Both the position numbers and the translations under genes were made by a program. Shown piece after piece: positions 37,500 to 48,400 of a DNA stretch of 64,000 bases (positions within the stretch are counted from its first letter, which is position 1; every line of letters starts with the position of its first letter). Origin of the DNA: Klebsormidium nitens (taxonomy: Eukaryota > Plantae > Klebsormidiophyceae); assembly GCA_000708835.1 (NCBI GenBank), contig DF237220.1, forward strand, positions 1-64,000, written 5' to 3'. Under the pieces are notes generated by a model. That model did no database searches, had not been told where the DNA came from, and worked only from the letters and a program-made list of their open reading frames with translations.

Positions 37500-38300
37500 G
37501 AGCTTTACTCCAATTGCGATGAAAAGGCTGTGCGTGGCCAAGCAAGTGGGTGCGCTGCACAGCTTTCCATGAATATCAAGTGGCACATTGAAATGCCAAG
37601 GAGCGGATTCAATTCGTGCAAATGGAACATACGTAACATGCATTTATTATGTGCGTGACCGAAACAATCCCCCTTCGGAGTACGACCGGCGAGTAAAACC
37701 CAAAACCATATTATGTAGCTCCAAGCTGAGTATGACATGCGTACGTAGATTGCTTCACACAAGTTGAAAAAGCCGCAGATGAGAGATTGGTACTTGTAAC
37801 GTATGCAATATATATGCACGCACGGGTCGCACTGACGGCTATGCCAGTATATATTATGATTCCGCTAGCTGCATGACAGAAGTTTAAGCTTGTTACAGTG
37901 TTAGCTAGTTGCAGTTCACGCGCTGACGGGTTAGTATAGCCATATTAGTAACCATATTGCATGCAGTCACTGGTCATCATAGATCACGCATCTCAACTTA
38001 CAAGATTTAAAGCGAATGGCCTTATAAGCATGCATTTGAGCAGATTAAGCTGAGTGCAACGTACGCGTGACTTTATGTATAATAAGCAAAAACTAAAAAG
38101 AACTCAAGCACTGAAATATATTACCGGCCTCTTTGTAAACCTCAACGTGATCATCTTGATTGTTCCCTTTCCTGTACATCATTGTACTGAGAATCATGTC
38201 CCATGCTCATATGAACTAGATCCGGAGTCGTTATATACACACAAGATTCGACCGACATGTTTGCGCCTAGGTCGCTATATGTCGCTCAATCTCTAGGTCG
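37500..38300. other. Palindrome-rich convergent spacer 4
   Basis: CGTACG, TACGTA, GCTAGC, GCATGC, ACGCGT and ATATAT clusters. Assessed by eye. Confidence 0.6.
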
Positions 38301-38662
38301 ACTTGCAATAGCGACTGAGATCGGACCTTTCATGAGGCGATCTCCATTTTGTTTTGATGAATTAGGTTTGCAGATGCCGCCCACTGAACCTCGCCGTTGT
38401 ATATGCTTACAGACACCCGCACATGCCGAAGTGAACGAGCTCCACCACGCATTCTCCAAGTCAGAGCAACGCAGTGATTGTCACCAAAAGCAAAAACCTT
38501 CCGTCGTATCTTTCTTCCAAGTTCAGTCACTGGGCTAGCATTCAAGGCGCGCCACAAAACATGTGAATCCTCCAATTTGCACGGCAAAAATTCTCTAAAG
38601 CTGCACTCAACCTGCTGCAACTTCATCAAACTCAATGAAAGGAGCGACACCAAACGACATCC

Positions 38663-40867
38663 TCAACTCGAGGTGCTTGACGCAGTCCCAGATGATTTCG
38701 AGAAGAGACCCTTGATCTTGTCCACCACGTTCGTGAGCTCCTCCTTGGGAGGAATCTGCATGGCCAGGATAGAAGCAGCGGTAATAAGCATCCCCTCAGG
38801 AGGTTACCCGGACGATCTGGCTGGATGAGCAACGAAACGATAAAGCTTCAACCATCCATAGCATGAAAAGTGAAGCGGCTTAGAAGCAACCGCTGGCTTG
38901 CGGACCGAGAACTAACCGACCGCTCTCTCAATGAAGCCAACGACAGTTCTCGTCCAGACAGAGTCTTTTGCTCAAGAGAGCCGTTTGTCTTTTTTTCCGA
39001 AATACTGCAACTTCAATCTTGCTAAGTGACGGAATTAGCAAGGTGCTTACTCTTGTAACGCCAACCCCCATCATTGACTCTCGCGGCTTGTCCTTATCCT
39101 GAAAGGACGAAGAATGTAAGCTATCGTATTTTGGATCAAATTCGGAGTCTCTTATATGACAATGAAACAAGGACGAATCCAGGAGTAGATTGGATGACTT
39201 TTAGGGCGAGCCGGTCCATGCCAGGAAGTACGAGCTCAGTTGCGCCTTGCTCATAGTCCATCTGACAGCCCACTGACACCTCAGGAAGCCCAGTCAGAGC
39301 TGGCTACCAGACCCTCCCTCCTTTAAGAACTTCTATGTCACTGATAACTCAAGCTCTCTACTCGACCAAAGTTAAGCACGGTGCTTCTTATGATCGACAT
39401 AGAGCAGAGTCTACAAACTCCGTGAGGGCGGGTAACAGTGGGTTCGGAGACACTTACAGCAACTTTGTAGGCAAACTCGTAGCCTTTAGCCTCTTTTAGA
39501 ATGGGGTACTGCCGAACGGCGGCTTTGATTACTTCTTTTGGGTCCTGGCAAAAGAGACAACAACCATCATCTGACATGCTGCTGTTAGAAACTGGTAACA
39601 ACATCAAGTTGATCTTTTGCGAAAGACCAAGATCGGGCAAGCCTTCACAAGGGATTGAGAAACACAGAGTAATGAGCAAAATGCAGAAAGCAGTGTAAGC
39701 CCATCAAGGAACCGCGGAGACTTCCTAGGCTGCTTCTCGCTCTTGTTTAGCTGCAACTGGAGCCTCTCTGTTTGCTGGGTATGGACTTACGCCTTTGTAG
39801 ATGGCTCCGGCGATGTTCCGTGTGAGCGTGTTCTGGAAGATCTTTTTGCCAAAGTCGCTTTTCATTTGTGATAGCATGCCCTGCGCTTGCGTCCCCCCAT
39901 CGATGATGCTCAGGGGGAACCACTCGGGAATCTGCCAAGGAGCCATGGCAGATATTCTCACTTTCTTTACTTGACCCCGCACTTGAGTGGCCGCATCAAA
40001 TATTGTCCAGAATACTTGCTGGTGACACTACACAACAGGAGAGTATCCAAAAGTGGCGATGAGGCGATGCATAAGGTCGTAAGCTCCAAAGGTCAACAAG
40101 AAGATGCCCAATGAAGTGCATTGTTGACATGCTTTGTAAGTCATGACTCACACGTTTCCTGCATGAGTTGCACGCATCTCCGGTGTTTTAAAACTGCGCC
40201 AAAAGCCGTTGACCTTTACATGCTGGAATGCCTTTTCTGTCTGGCTGGGCTAAGTACAGGTGTGTATATGACCGAGTGCTTGATAGACTGTCCAGCAGAA
40301 CCTCCCCTTCCTGAAAGCTTTGACACCTTCACACAGTCAAAAACGTCGCTGAAAACACCATCATTGACTACCAAGCAAGTAGTTGCCAACTTGCACCGGA
40401 TGGAACCGCGAGCTACGGCATTGCTTAGAAGCGCCAATGGAGGCCACATTGCAGAGACAAGATGAATGACAGAAAATGGGCAGGGTATGCATAGATGCCA
40501 GCGGGATTCTTACCGCTCCTCCCGTGGCCCTGACAAACAAGATGAACTTGGGGTTGTCGTCGGCGCCAAAGTCGATGGGTGGTGGCCCTTGCTGGGCAGT
40601 CCCTCCCGGCCCTCTGCCCCCGTTGTTGAATCGGCTCCGCTTGGCGGCTCTCACCTGCAACTGTCCAACGCACGGGCAAGCGGCATCTGGGCTGGAAGGG
40701 GGGCCAAAAGCAGTGTGCAGAGGAGACTGGACGCGCAGGGCTGGACGACCCACAAACGAAGAGGAGACCAGACCTGGGCGGGCCGCCACATGAGATTGCT
40801 GAGCGCCTGCAAAGGAAGCGGCGGCTAGAACGTGGCCCGTGACAGGAGCCGCACAAGTGCTGGCCAT
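38663..40867 (-). CDS. HHL1: HHL1 (hypersensitive to high light 1), chloroplast thylakoid protein, 5 exons
   Basis: Transit-like N-terminus. Then DDNPKFILFVR, WFPLSIIDGGTQAQG, FQNTLTRNIAGAIYK, VRQYPILKEAKGYEFAYK and IPPKEELTNVVDKIKGLF. Confidence 0.9.
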
Positions 40868-41033
40868 CGTCGGTTGTATCGTGCTCGATCCGACAAGCAC
40901 TTACAGCATTCAAACGTTGCAGGCTCCTGGCTCTAGGACTGTACAGACGGCGCCCCTGGGCACGAGGCAGAGGCGTTTTCCGGAGGCGAAGTTGTTTCCC
41001 AGCTGAGGAGTAGACTGTAGAACACGTGGCAGC

Positions 41034-44000
41034 ATGTCAACCAGCTGTGGTCCCGGGTGGGTCGCCCCCAGCTTCAAAGTGCACGGGCTACGGTAGGCAT
41101 ACCGTCCAGCGCTAAAAGGTGACCGCGGAGGGGAGAACTCAACAACTAGCTAGGCATGTCTTGTAAGTTGTAGTAGTACACGCACTCGTCTTCTCTGAAA
41201 CTCTGAAAGGAGAGACCGCGCAGCAGATTGCGATCGGACGCTGTGCTCTTCTGCTTTATCATGTATGGCAATGCCATCGCCACTCGTGGGCTGCCATGAT
41301 GGGCACCATACCGAGCGCTCTCTCAAAGATGCTCTCAACGAGCCTTGAGGCCTGAGTAGTGAATGAAGCAGCGTTGAACTTTGAAGATGATTGTGTGTGC
41401 TAAGGGGCTATTGAAACCTTTTCAACGCTGCTTTGCAGCCGATGAGATTGCTTCTGTCAAGCTGCAAGTAAAGCACACATAGTCTCATGTGCACTTCCAA
41501 CATCTTCAAGTTCTCTGGGGCTACATTCAATCAAGCACTGTAGCACATGGTTTCAAATTTCATGTTGCATTTTTGAAAGTATTGGCTGGTTAGATAAGAA
41601 TGCTAGCAGCCACGTCCTTGCGAATCCTGGGTCTCAGGAAAGGATCTGGCGGCTGTGTAAAGTTGAACGCAATGATCACTACACCGGCGATGCTTTCTGG
41701 GCAACAGTTGTTAATCCCAGTGGGTGCAACAGTGGCCCAAGCAAAATTGGGTTCCTTGATTGGTGCTCCTCCCCAATCTTATGCACCACCCTCAAGGATG
41801 GTCTCCATTGAGGCCCAACTGATCCAACTGAGCGTCGTTCTTTCCAAGACGGGACGTCGATCAAGCATTTTGGATTCAATGCCTACCCTCCACCCTCGTT
41901 CATACCTGTGTCAGGCCACGGTGGTTGACTCAGCTGCTGAAGAGCAGGTGATGGAGGACGCGTCCGGAACGGGCTGTGGTGGTGGTGGCACAGCAGTGCC
42001 AAGAAAAAAGCAGAGAGCAAAGGGCAGAGCCGATGACGGTGAGCTTCAAATGCAGGGGGCGCTTGCTTTGCCCCATGTTATGAGGCAGGTATGCAGGTGC
42101 AGGTATGAAAACATACATCTTTCGCAACTGTCCTGAGGTTTGATGTTCCTTGTGCCGCAAGGTCTCTGAACTGCATTCCTCGTCATGACACTGGAGCAAG
42201 ACTATGACATAGCCTGTTATGGGGGACATCTAAGGTTGTCATTTTTGGAATCTGCAGCAGTATCTGCTAAAAGACCTGGAAGAAAGGTCAAAGAGAAGCC
42301 TGCCGCTTTGCCAGCCCACGACTCTGGGGTGAGCCCCTTACGTCCCAAAATCGTGTGTACATATCAAGCGCAGGCAGCAATCCCAGCTGACCACGCTGTA
42401 GGGTACGCAATAGCCAAAAGGTCTGCTTCTTCAAAGATTGTATTTGAAAGCAGCGAGATTGTTGAAATCGCTCCTGAAGCTCAACGTTCAAGCTCTGCTT
42501 CTTGTTTGTATGCTGGCCATATAGAGGCATGCTATCTTTGTGTAGCAGAGAAATCAGAAGCCACCTTCCGTTTCCTGATGGAGAGCTTTTGTTGCGCAAA
42601 TGGTGCTTCCATGACTGGTGGCCTTGGTTTGCAGGCAGGAGATGAAGTGAACGAGGAGCTAGACTCGTTCCTCATTCCAAATACTTCTCCCGCTCCTGTG
42701 GTCTTTGGTCCTGCGTCCATGGTCCTGGGAGTAGACCCTGACATTGGCGGGGCGCTGGCAGTGCTCCGCGGATCAGTGGAGGAAACGCACGCCCAAGTGA
42801 GACAAGCCAGCCTCAACTGCAGTTGAGGCAAAGCCCGCATTGTTGGCAAAGCCCGCATCAACTGACTTCGAGCTTGTATTTTCCTGACGCTTTTGAGAAT
42901 CCTTAACCCTTTGAGCTGCTCCGTGATGGAAATGAACCTACCACCATGTTTGACTCCTTCAAGAGAGCAAAGCAGTCTGAGTCAGCGCCAACCTGTGCTA
43001 TGTCAGGTTTTGGACGTCCCAATCCTTCATGTCAAGATTGGAGCCACCATGCGGCGGCGGCATGACCCTGGCGCCATGGCAGCGATGGTCAGGGAACTGC
43101 AGCCGCCACCAGAAACGGTGGTGTACATCGAGCAGCCACGGCCCTTCCCGCTGGATGGGAAGCAGGTGAGAGGACGTCCAGAAGCGGGTCTCAAGAAGCT
43201 TGGTTGTCAAAGTATTCTCACGAAAGACGTCACCTTTGATGCTCTTGCCTGCTCAACCAACATTCAGCAGCATCGCGCACACTGAAGACCCTTGATTCTC
43301 TCTATTCCGTGTGTATCCGTTGGGCTCCTGTCCTGTACGATTCACTTGGTCATCAAGGCAACTAGTGTCTTGTTCTTGTACGGCTCGGTTGATTTCGTCG
43401 AAGAGCGAAGATATTTAACCATCCGCTGATTGCACGTCAGTACTTGGAGAAGTCTACTTTGGATCTACTTTGAATTAGATTTGCAATGTTAATGAGTCCT
43501 TACGGACGGACCCTTTTCCTCCAAACCTTTGTCTTAAGGATCCTCCCTTTTGATCTGATTCGTGCTCTTCACCACGAGCGCTTCGTGTTAAAAGTTGGGG
43601 TCAGCATGCTCTGACGAAGCCCTGCTGGAATACATACACATGTGTGCTACTCAAAACGGTCGTCGGATGGTCGTCCGTGCTCTCCTCCCCCTGCATCGCC
43701 CCCCGTCCTTGCGTCGCAGGGCTGGTACAGTGCGGGGTACGGCTTCGGCGTGTGGATGGGCGTGCTGCACGCGCTGCAGCTGCAGGTGGTCCCCGTGCAC
43801 CCCGCCAACTGGAAGCGCGCGCTGGGCCTCGCAGGCAGGGGGGTCACCAAAGATGACAGCCGGGAGCTGGCCGTCAGGACTTTTCCCTCCTTGCTCAAGG
43901 AGCTCAAACGGAAAAAGGATCACGGTGAGGACTACGCGATGCACCCCTGCGTGGTTTTCTAGAAATCCTTCTAGCTTGCGGCTGTTGAGAGCACTCAAGG

Positions 44001-44347
44001 AGGTGTGAAGGTCGCATCACCGCTTCTGTCGTCAGCATGCGAAACGCTTCGTACGTTGTCTACCCACCGTTCTTGGTATGCGCTGTGATCCTTAAGATTT
44101 TGCTGCTGAGGTATTCGGAGGCTCTTTGCAACATTGCCACTGTTCTTTCCTCCCTGCTCGTCAAGGAGTAGAGTGGCTTTGCAAAAATCCAGTCATACTT
44201 TTTCTGGGTCGTTTTTCAGGTCGCGCCGAAGCGCTACTCATTGCCCAGCATGGGCGAATGCTTGCTGCCAATCTGAAACCCCTCCAACGCGTCCCCCCTG
44301 ACACTGACAGTGCACCCGCCGAAGATAAAGCACTGATCTTAGCCTAA
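41034..44347 (+). CDS. MOC1: MOC1 chloroplast Holliday-junction resolvase (RuvC-like fold); 5' exons uncertain
   Basis: VLGVDPDIGGALAVL, VLDVP, VYIEQPRPFPLDGKQ|GWYSAGYGFGVW, PANWKRALGL, KDDSR and KRKKDH|GRAEALLIA. The acidic catalytic residues are present. The ATG at 41034 is tentative. Confidence 0.9.
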
Positions 44348-44379
44348 CCAGATTGGGTCTTTGCAATTATGCGAGGGGT

Positions 44380-45240
44380 CGGAAGGTCGTCGATTTTGAC
44401 ATGCGTACGTTAGCTGTCGGAGGATCTGTTGCTGCCATCCCAGTCTATATTAAGCAGAAATATGGACGATCCCTATTGCGGGTCAGCATGCGGAAGCGCT
44501 GGATGCCGACCTGATTCGAAATAAACAGAGCAGGTACGTGACAGATGCTTTCTCCGTACATCTCAGCATTTTATGAGCTGGCAACCCGGCAATCATGTTC
44601 GCAGTCTCTTTTGAGCGAACATGCAACACACGATCATTGCTCTTTGATCGATGATCGCCAGCGCTCGCTAGCTCATGCATGCTACAGAATTAAAGCAAGT
44701 GGCTTATTACTAAGTGGTGCCAATTACAGCAATGGTACAATTTCTGATCGCGCATCGCGCGTGCAGGCTGCAACTGAACTAGCGGCCGGCCATGTACGCG
44801 CACAGTACAGAAGGAACCTATCACTGTGCATGCACTTTATCCCTATATGAAACGACATGGGGTCCAATCAGATGCCGGCCGGGACGGTCTTCTATATATA
44901 CACTCATATGTTCGAGGATTTATCTCTAGGGCAACTTGCAAGGGCCGTACTTTGCAGCTCGCTAATTCGGATCACGTCGGGCCTGGGGTGCATGCCGCAA
45001 TGATATTCTCAAGGCACATTCTATGTAGCCATCTCGAATCTTGTCATTAGGAGGATCACAACCAAATATTCTCATGTGCCAAACCCCTATGACAGATCAG
45101 CGCGGTGTACAAACAAAGCACATCGGCATGATGCACGCCATGCATGGGAATGGATTGCATGCATATCACGGATTGTGTAGGCGCCCCATGAGGACATTTT
45201 GGCAGCTCATCCACAACCACCGAGTCCCCTAGGCCGTGTT
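44380..45240. other. Palindrome-rich convergent spacer 5
   Basis: Hand count of about 24 hexamer palindromes in 44641-45240, versus about 9 expected. Includes GTGCATGCAC (44826-44835) and GGCCGGCC. Confidence 0.75.
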
Positions 45241-45459
45241 CTTTTTTGCACAATTCTGCAGCCGTCCTTCAACGCAAGACATGTCGTTCTTTTCGGTGTA
45301 CGCTCTCCTCGAGAAGATGAACCTACACGGACCGAGATAAGAGGTAAGCACGAGATCGAGGCAGGTTCAGGATGCGGTCCAATGCTATGGTGGTGCAAAG
45401 GCCAAACTTGTTTGCGGTTCGAAAGGCCCTGACGAGGGCCGTGTCAGCGATAACGCCGT

Positions 45460-48400
45460 TCAACCAAGCGCCTCGATGCCAGTGCGGCATTGCTGCCAGT
45501 CACATCTGCAACTTTTGGACTTTGGGGCGGCGTACTCGATGTCTAGCCGTGCTAGGGAAACGGTCTGCTGGACTTTCAAGGACGTGTTGCGATCGAGTCA
45601 AAGAGCAGCGGCTTAAGGGAATGACGGAATTTGCATATCCTCGTTGCAATTCATCGGATGAACCGAGCGCTTGGCCAGAAGTAGCTGGCCAGACAGACCG
45701 CTCCCCTTGGGGGCCCCTCTCGGTGGGCTCGCCCGCCAGTGCCCCCCCGCCTCACCTTGTCCATCATGCCCGTGATGACGCCCGTCGACCGCTCCACGGC
45801 CTGCTTCAGCCGGTGCATCTGGGCGTCCGGCACGGGCGGCGTTCGGTGCGGTCCTGCCGGCCCCGCCCCCCGCGCCCGCGCCAGCTTCTGGGCGCGCTCC
45901 GCCAGCTCTGCCAGGGTGCCGCCCAGCAGCGGCAGGTCCGCCTCCAGGCCCACTGCACACAGGCACAACGGTCGGGGCCTCTTTGAATAACGGCGTACTT
46001 CTGACAAGAGACAGCTTGAAGCAGAATTAGGCGTCAGGAAAGCACCCCAACGCGAAAGCGGGATGCATGTAGCCGAGTCCGTCCCTGGCGGGCTGCAGCG
46101 GGCTGGCCTTCTCTGTACATCATGAGCGGTACAGGGTGCCAAGCCTCTTCCAAAAAGGAGGCGAGAAGCGGAAGCAGGACCAGCAGCGAATCTCCCGACT
46201 CTTAGAAATCTCGTGACAATTAACGGGACTTAAGATAGGCGTCCGGAAGAGGGGTGGGGTGGGTAAGGTGGTTAGGGTGAGTTGGGTTGCGGAGCGCGTG
46301 TTGATTTTGCTTAAGGATTTTAGTTTGTGTGCCCGGGTAGCTTGAATGTTGAGTCACACGCCCGTTAGGTCACATTAGAGTTGCCAGTATAATTTCCCGC
46401 CCCATACAGCGGACGATACAGGTTGGAGGGAAACGAGAGCGAGGAGGAGATGCAAGAGACATGAAACATTACTCCAAAGATGGATCGCATATCTGAGTGA
46501 TTGACAAGGTGAGAACAAAAGAGGTGCGGCACCTACCCAGCTCGCTTCTGTAGGCGCGCTCCGCTGCAGTCAAAGGCGTCCGGCTAACGATTGGCAGCTT
46601 GCTGTAACGTTGAAGCCGCCGCTCACTGCAGGCCACGGACGGATGTTAGCAGGAGTGGTACTTTGATGTCAAAGTGTGAGAGAGCAGCATCGTGCTCTGG
46701 CGATCAAGGAGAAAAGATGTGCCCCTTACACAGCTACCTCGCCTTGAAGTTCTTCCTCGATTCTGTTAGGCACTAGAAATATCGAGAAAGTTTAGACTCT
46801 GGCACCATTGGCCAGGGAGAGTGCAGGCCGAGATAGTCTGTAAACAAGCTGACAATCCATTAACAGCTGCGTTCTGACAAGAATCAAGGCTAGGCCAAGC
46901 GCAACCGCTGCGGACTACTACCCCTTCAGGACGTTCGAAGCACAGCCTTATGGGCAGAACTTCGTTCCTGCTCCGCTGCATGCGTTTCGTGCACACCGCC
47001 CAAACAACCGCTTCAGAGTTGACACTTCCCGCCACGAGGAGGAGGACGTAGGGAGAGCGCTCAAGAAAAGGGACAGAGCGAACGCCTCACAGCTCGGCGT
47101 GCTTGGCCAATGCTGCCGCCAGCCTGCCCTCGAAGCCGTCTGCTGTGGTGGCCGCCTTCTCCAGGCCTCGCTGCGCTCTCGTCGCCTGTGCACGCTGCTC
47201 CTGCGCAATCTCCGCGAGGCGCGCCACCCGCGCCGTGAGCTCGACATGGGCGCGATGCGCGTACTCGATGTACACCTCGCGCAGCGCCTTGGCCCGCGCG
47301 TGCAGCAGCAGCCGCCCCTCGTGGCTCGACGCGGCCACAGGGGGGCCCCGGGGCGCCTGCACGCAGCACGCCGTGCGGTTATGGAGTGGCCGAAACGACG
47401 CCGTGGATGTTGATTAGTAAGGTTCCGCCCTCTTTGTAGCATGGAAGAAAGCGTCGTAACAACAAACCATAACCCAGTTAGATGCAAAAAAATGTGCATG
47501 ATGCGCTGAGCTTGTGCCAGGTCGTCGTGTGCCTGCCGGGAATTGTACGACCCTTGGTAGACCACGGCGTCGCTTGTGGCCCCGGCGCCTGGGACCGAAT
47601 CTGCTCGGGAACGGCACCCAAAGCATCGACTCCACGCACACTGACGCCCAGTAGCACGGGCCAGTGCGACAACCGAGAGCAGCGACCTAAGAGCGACTCA
47701 GTATTGCGCAAGGTATCCCGGCTGACCTTGGGGATAAGCCCCTTCTTGGGCCCTTGCAAGAGCTCCGGGCTTATGGCGGGCGTCTCGGCCCCCTCCCCCT
47801 CGGGGCCCGGCAGCAGCAGTGCCGGCAGCATGGCGGGCGTCTCACTCCGCACCGAGATGACCACACAGTCGCCCCCAACGGGAGAGGCGACCAGCCACGT
47901 CTCCCCTGCCGAGTCCGACACCACGGCCAAGCCCATCAGGGGCCGAGCCTCCTGCTCATCCCCCCCGCTGACGTCCAGAAGAGAATACACGTCCGGAGGA
48001 GGAATTTTCGCCAAGTCGCGGTCGCCCCCGGCAAGGTCCGAGAAGGGCAGCCAGCGGAGCGTGATGGAGTCGACCCCCCTGCCGTGTCTGCAGAAGATGC
48101 GCTCCGGAACGAGGGGGTCCGCCGTCAAGCTCAGGGGGGCACGGAACCGGACGTCCGCAGAGAGGGCCAGGTCCGCGCTGGCCAGCAGAAGAAGGGGCGG
48201 AGCGCTCGGCGGGTCCGGAGCTGCCACGTCAGTTGCTTGAGCGACCATGGTGGCACGAGTAAGGCGGCCGTCGGGGTCGTGGGACGTCTGCGGGACGTGG
48301 TCGTAGCTCCAGGCCGGCAGGACCTCTTCCGTGAGCACGCTGACGTGGACCAGGCCGTCCGTCTGGCTCCACGCCAGCAGGCAGTCCTTGCCGGACGGGG

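Noticed and set aside
41600-42826. ORFs 41600-42136 and 42185-42826 as separate genes
   Set aside because: They are intron read-throughs into MOC1 exons that have clear acceptors near 41915 and 42633.
37733-44410. Identical 14-mer TGACATGCGTACGT at 37733 and 44397 in two spacers
   Set aside because: Several identical 14-mer pairs are expected by chance in 64 kb, more so in palindrome-biased DNA.
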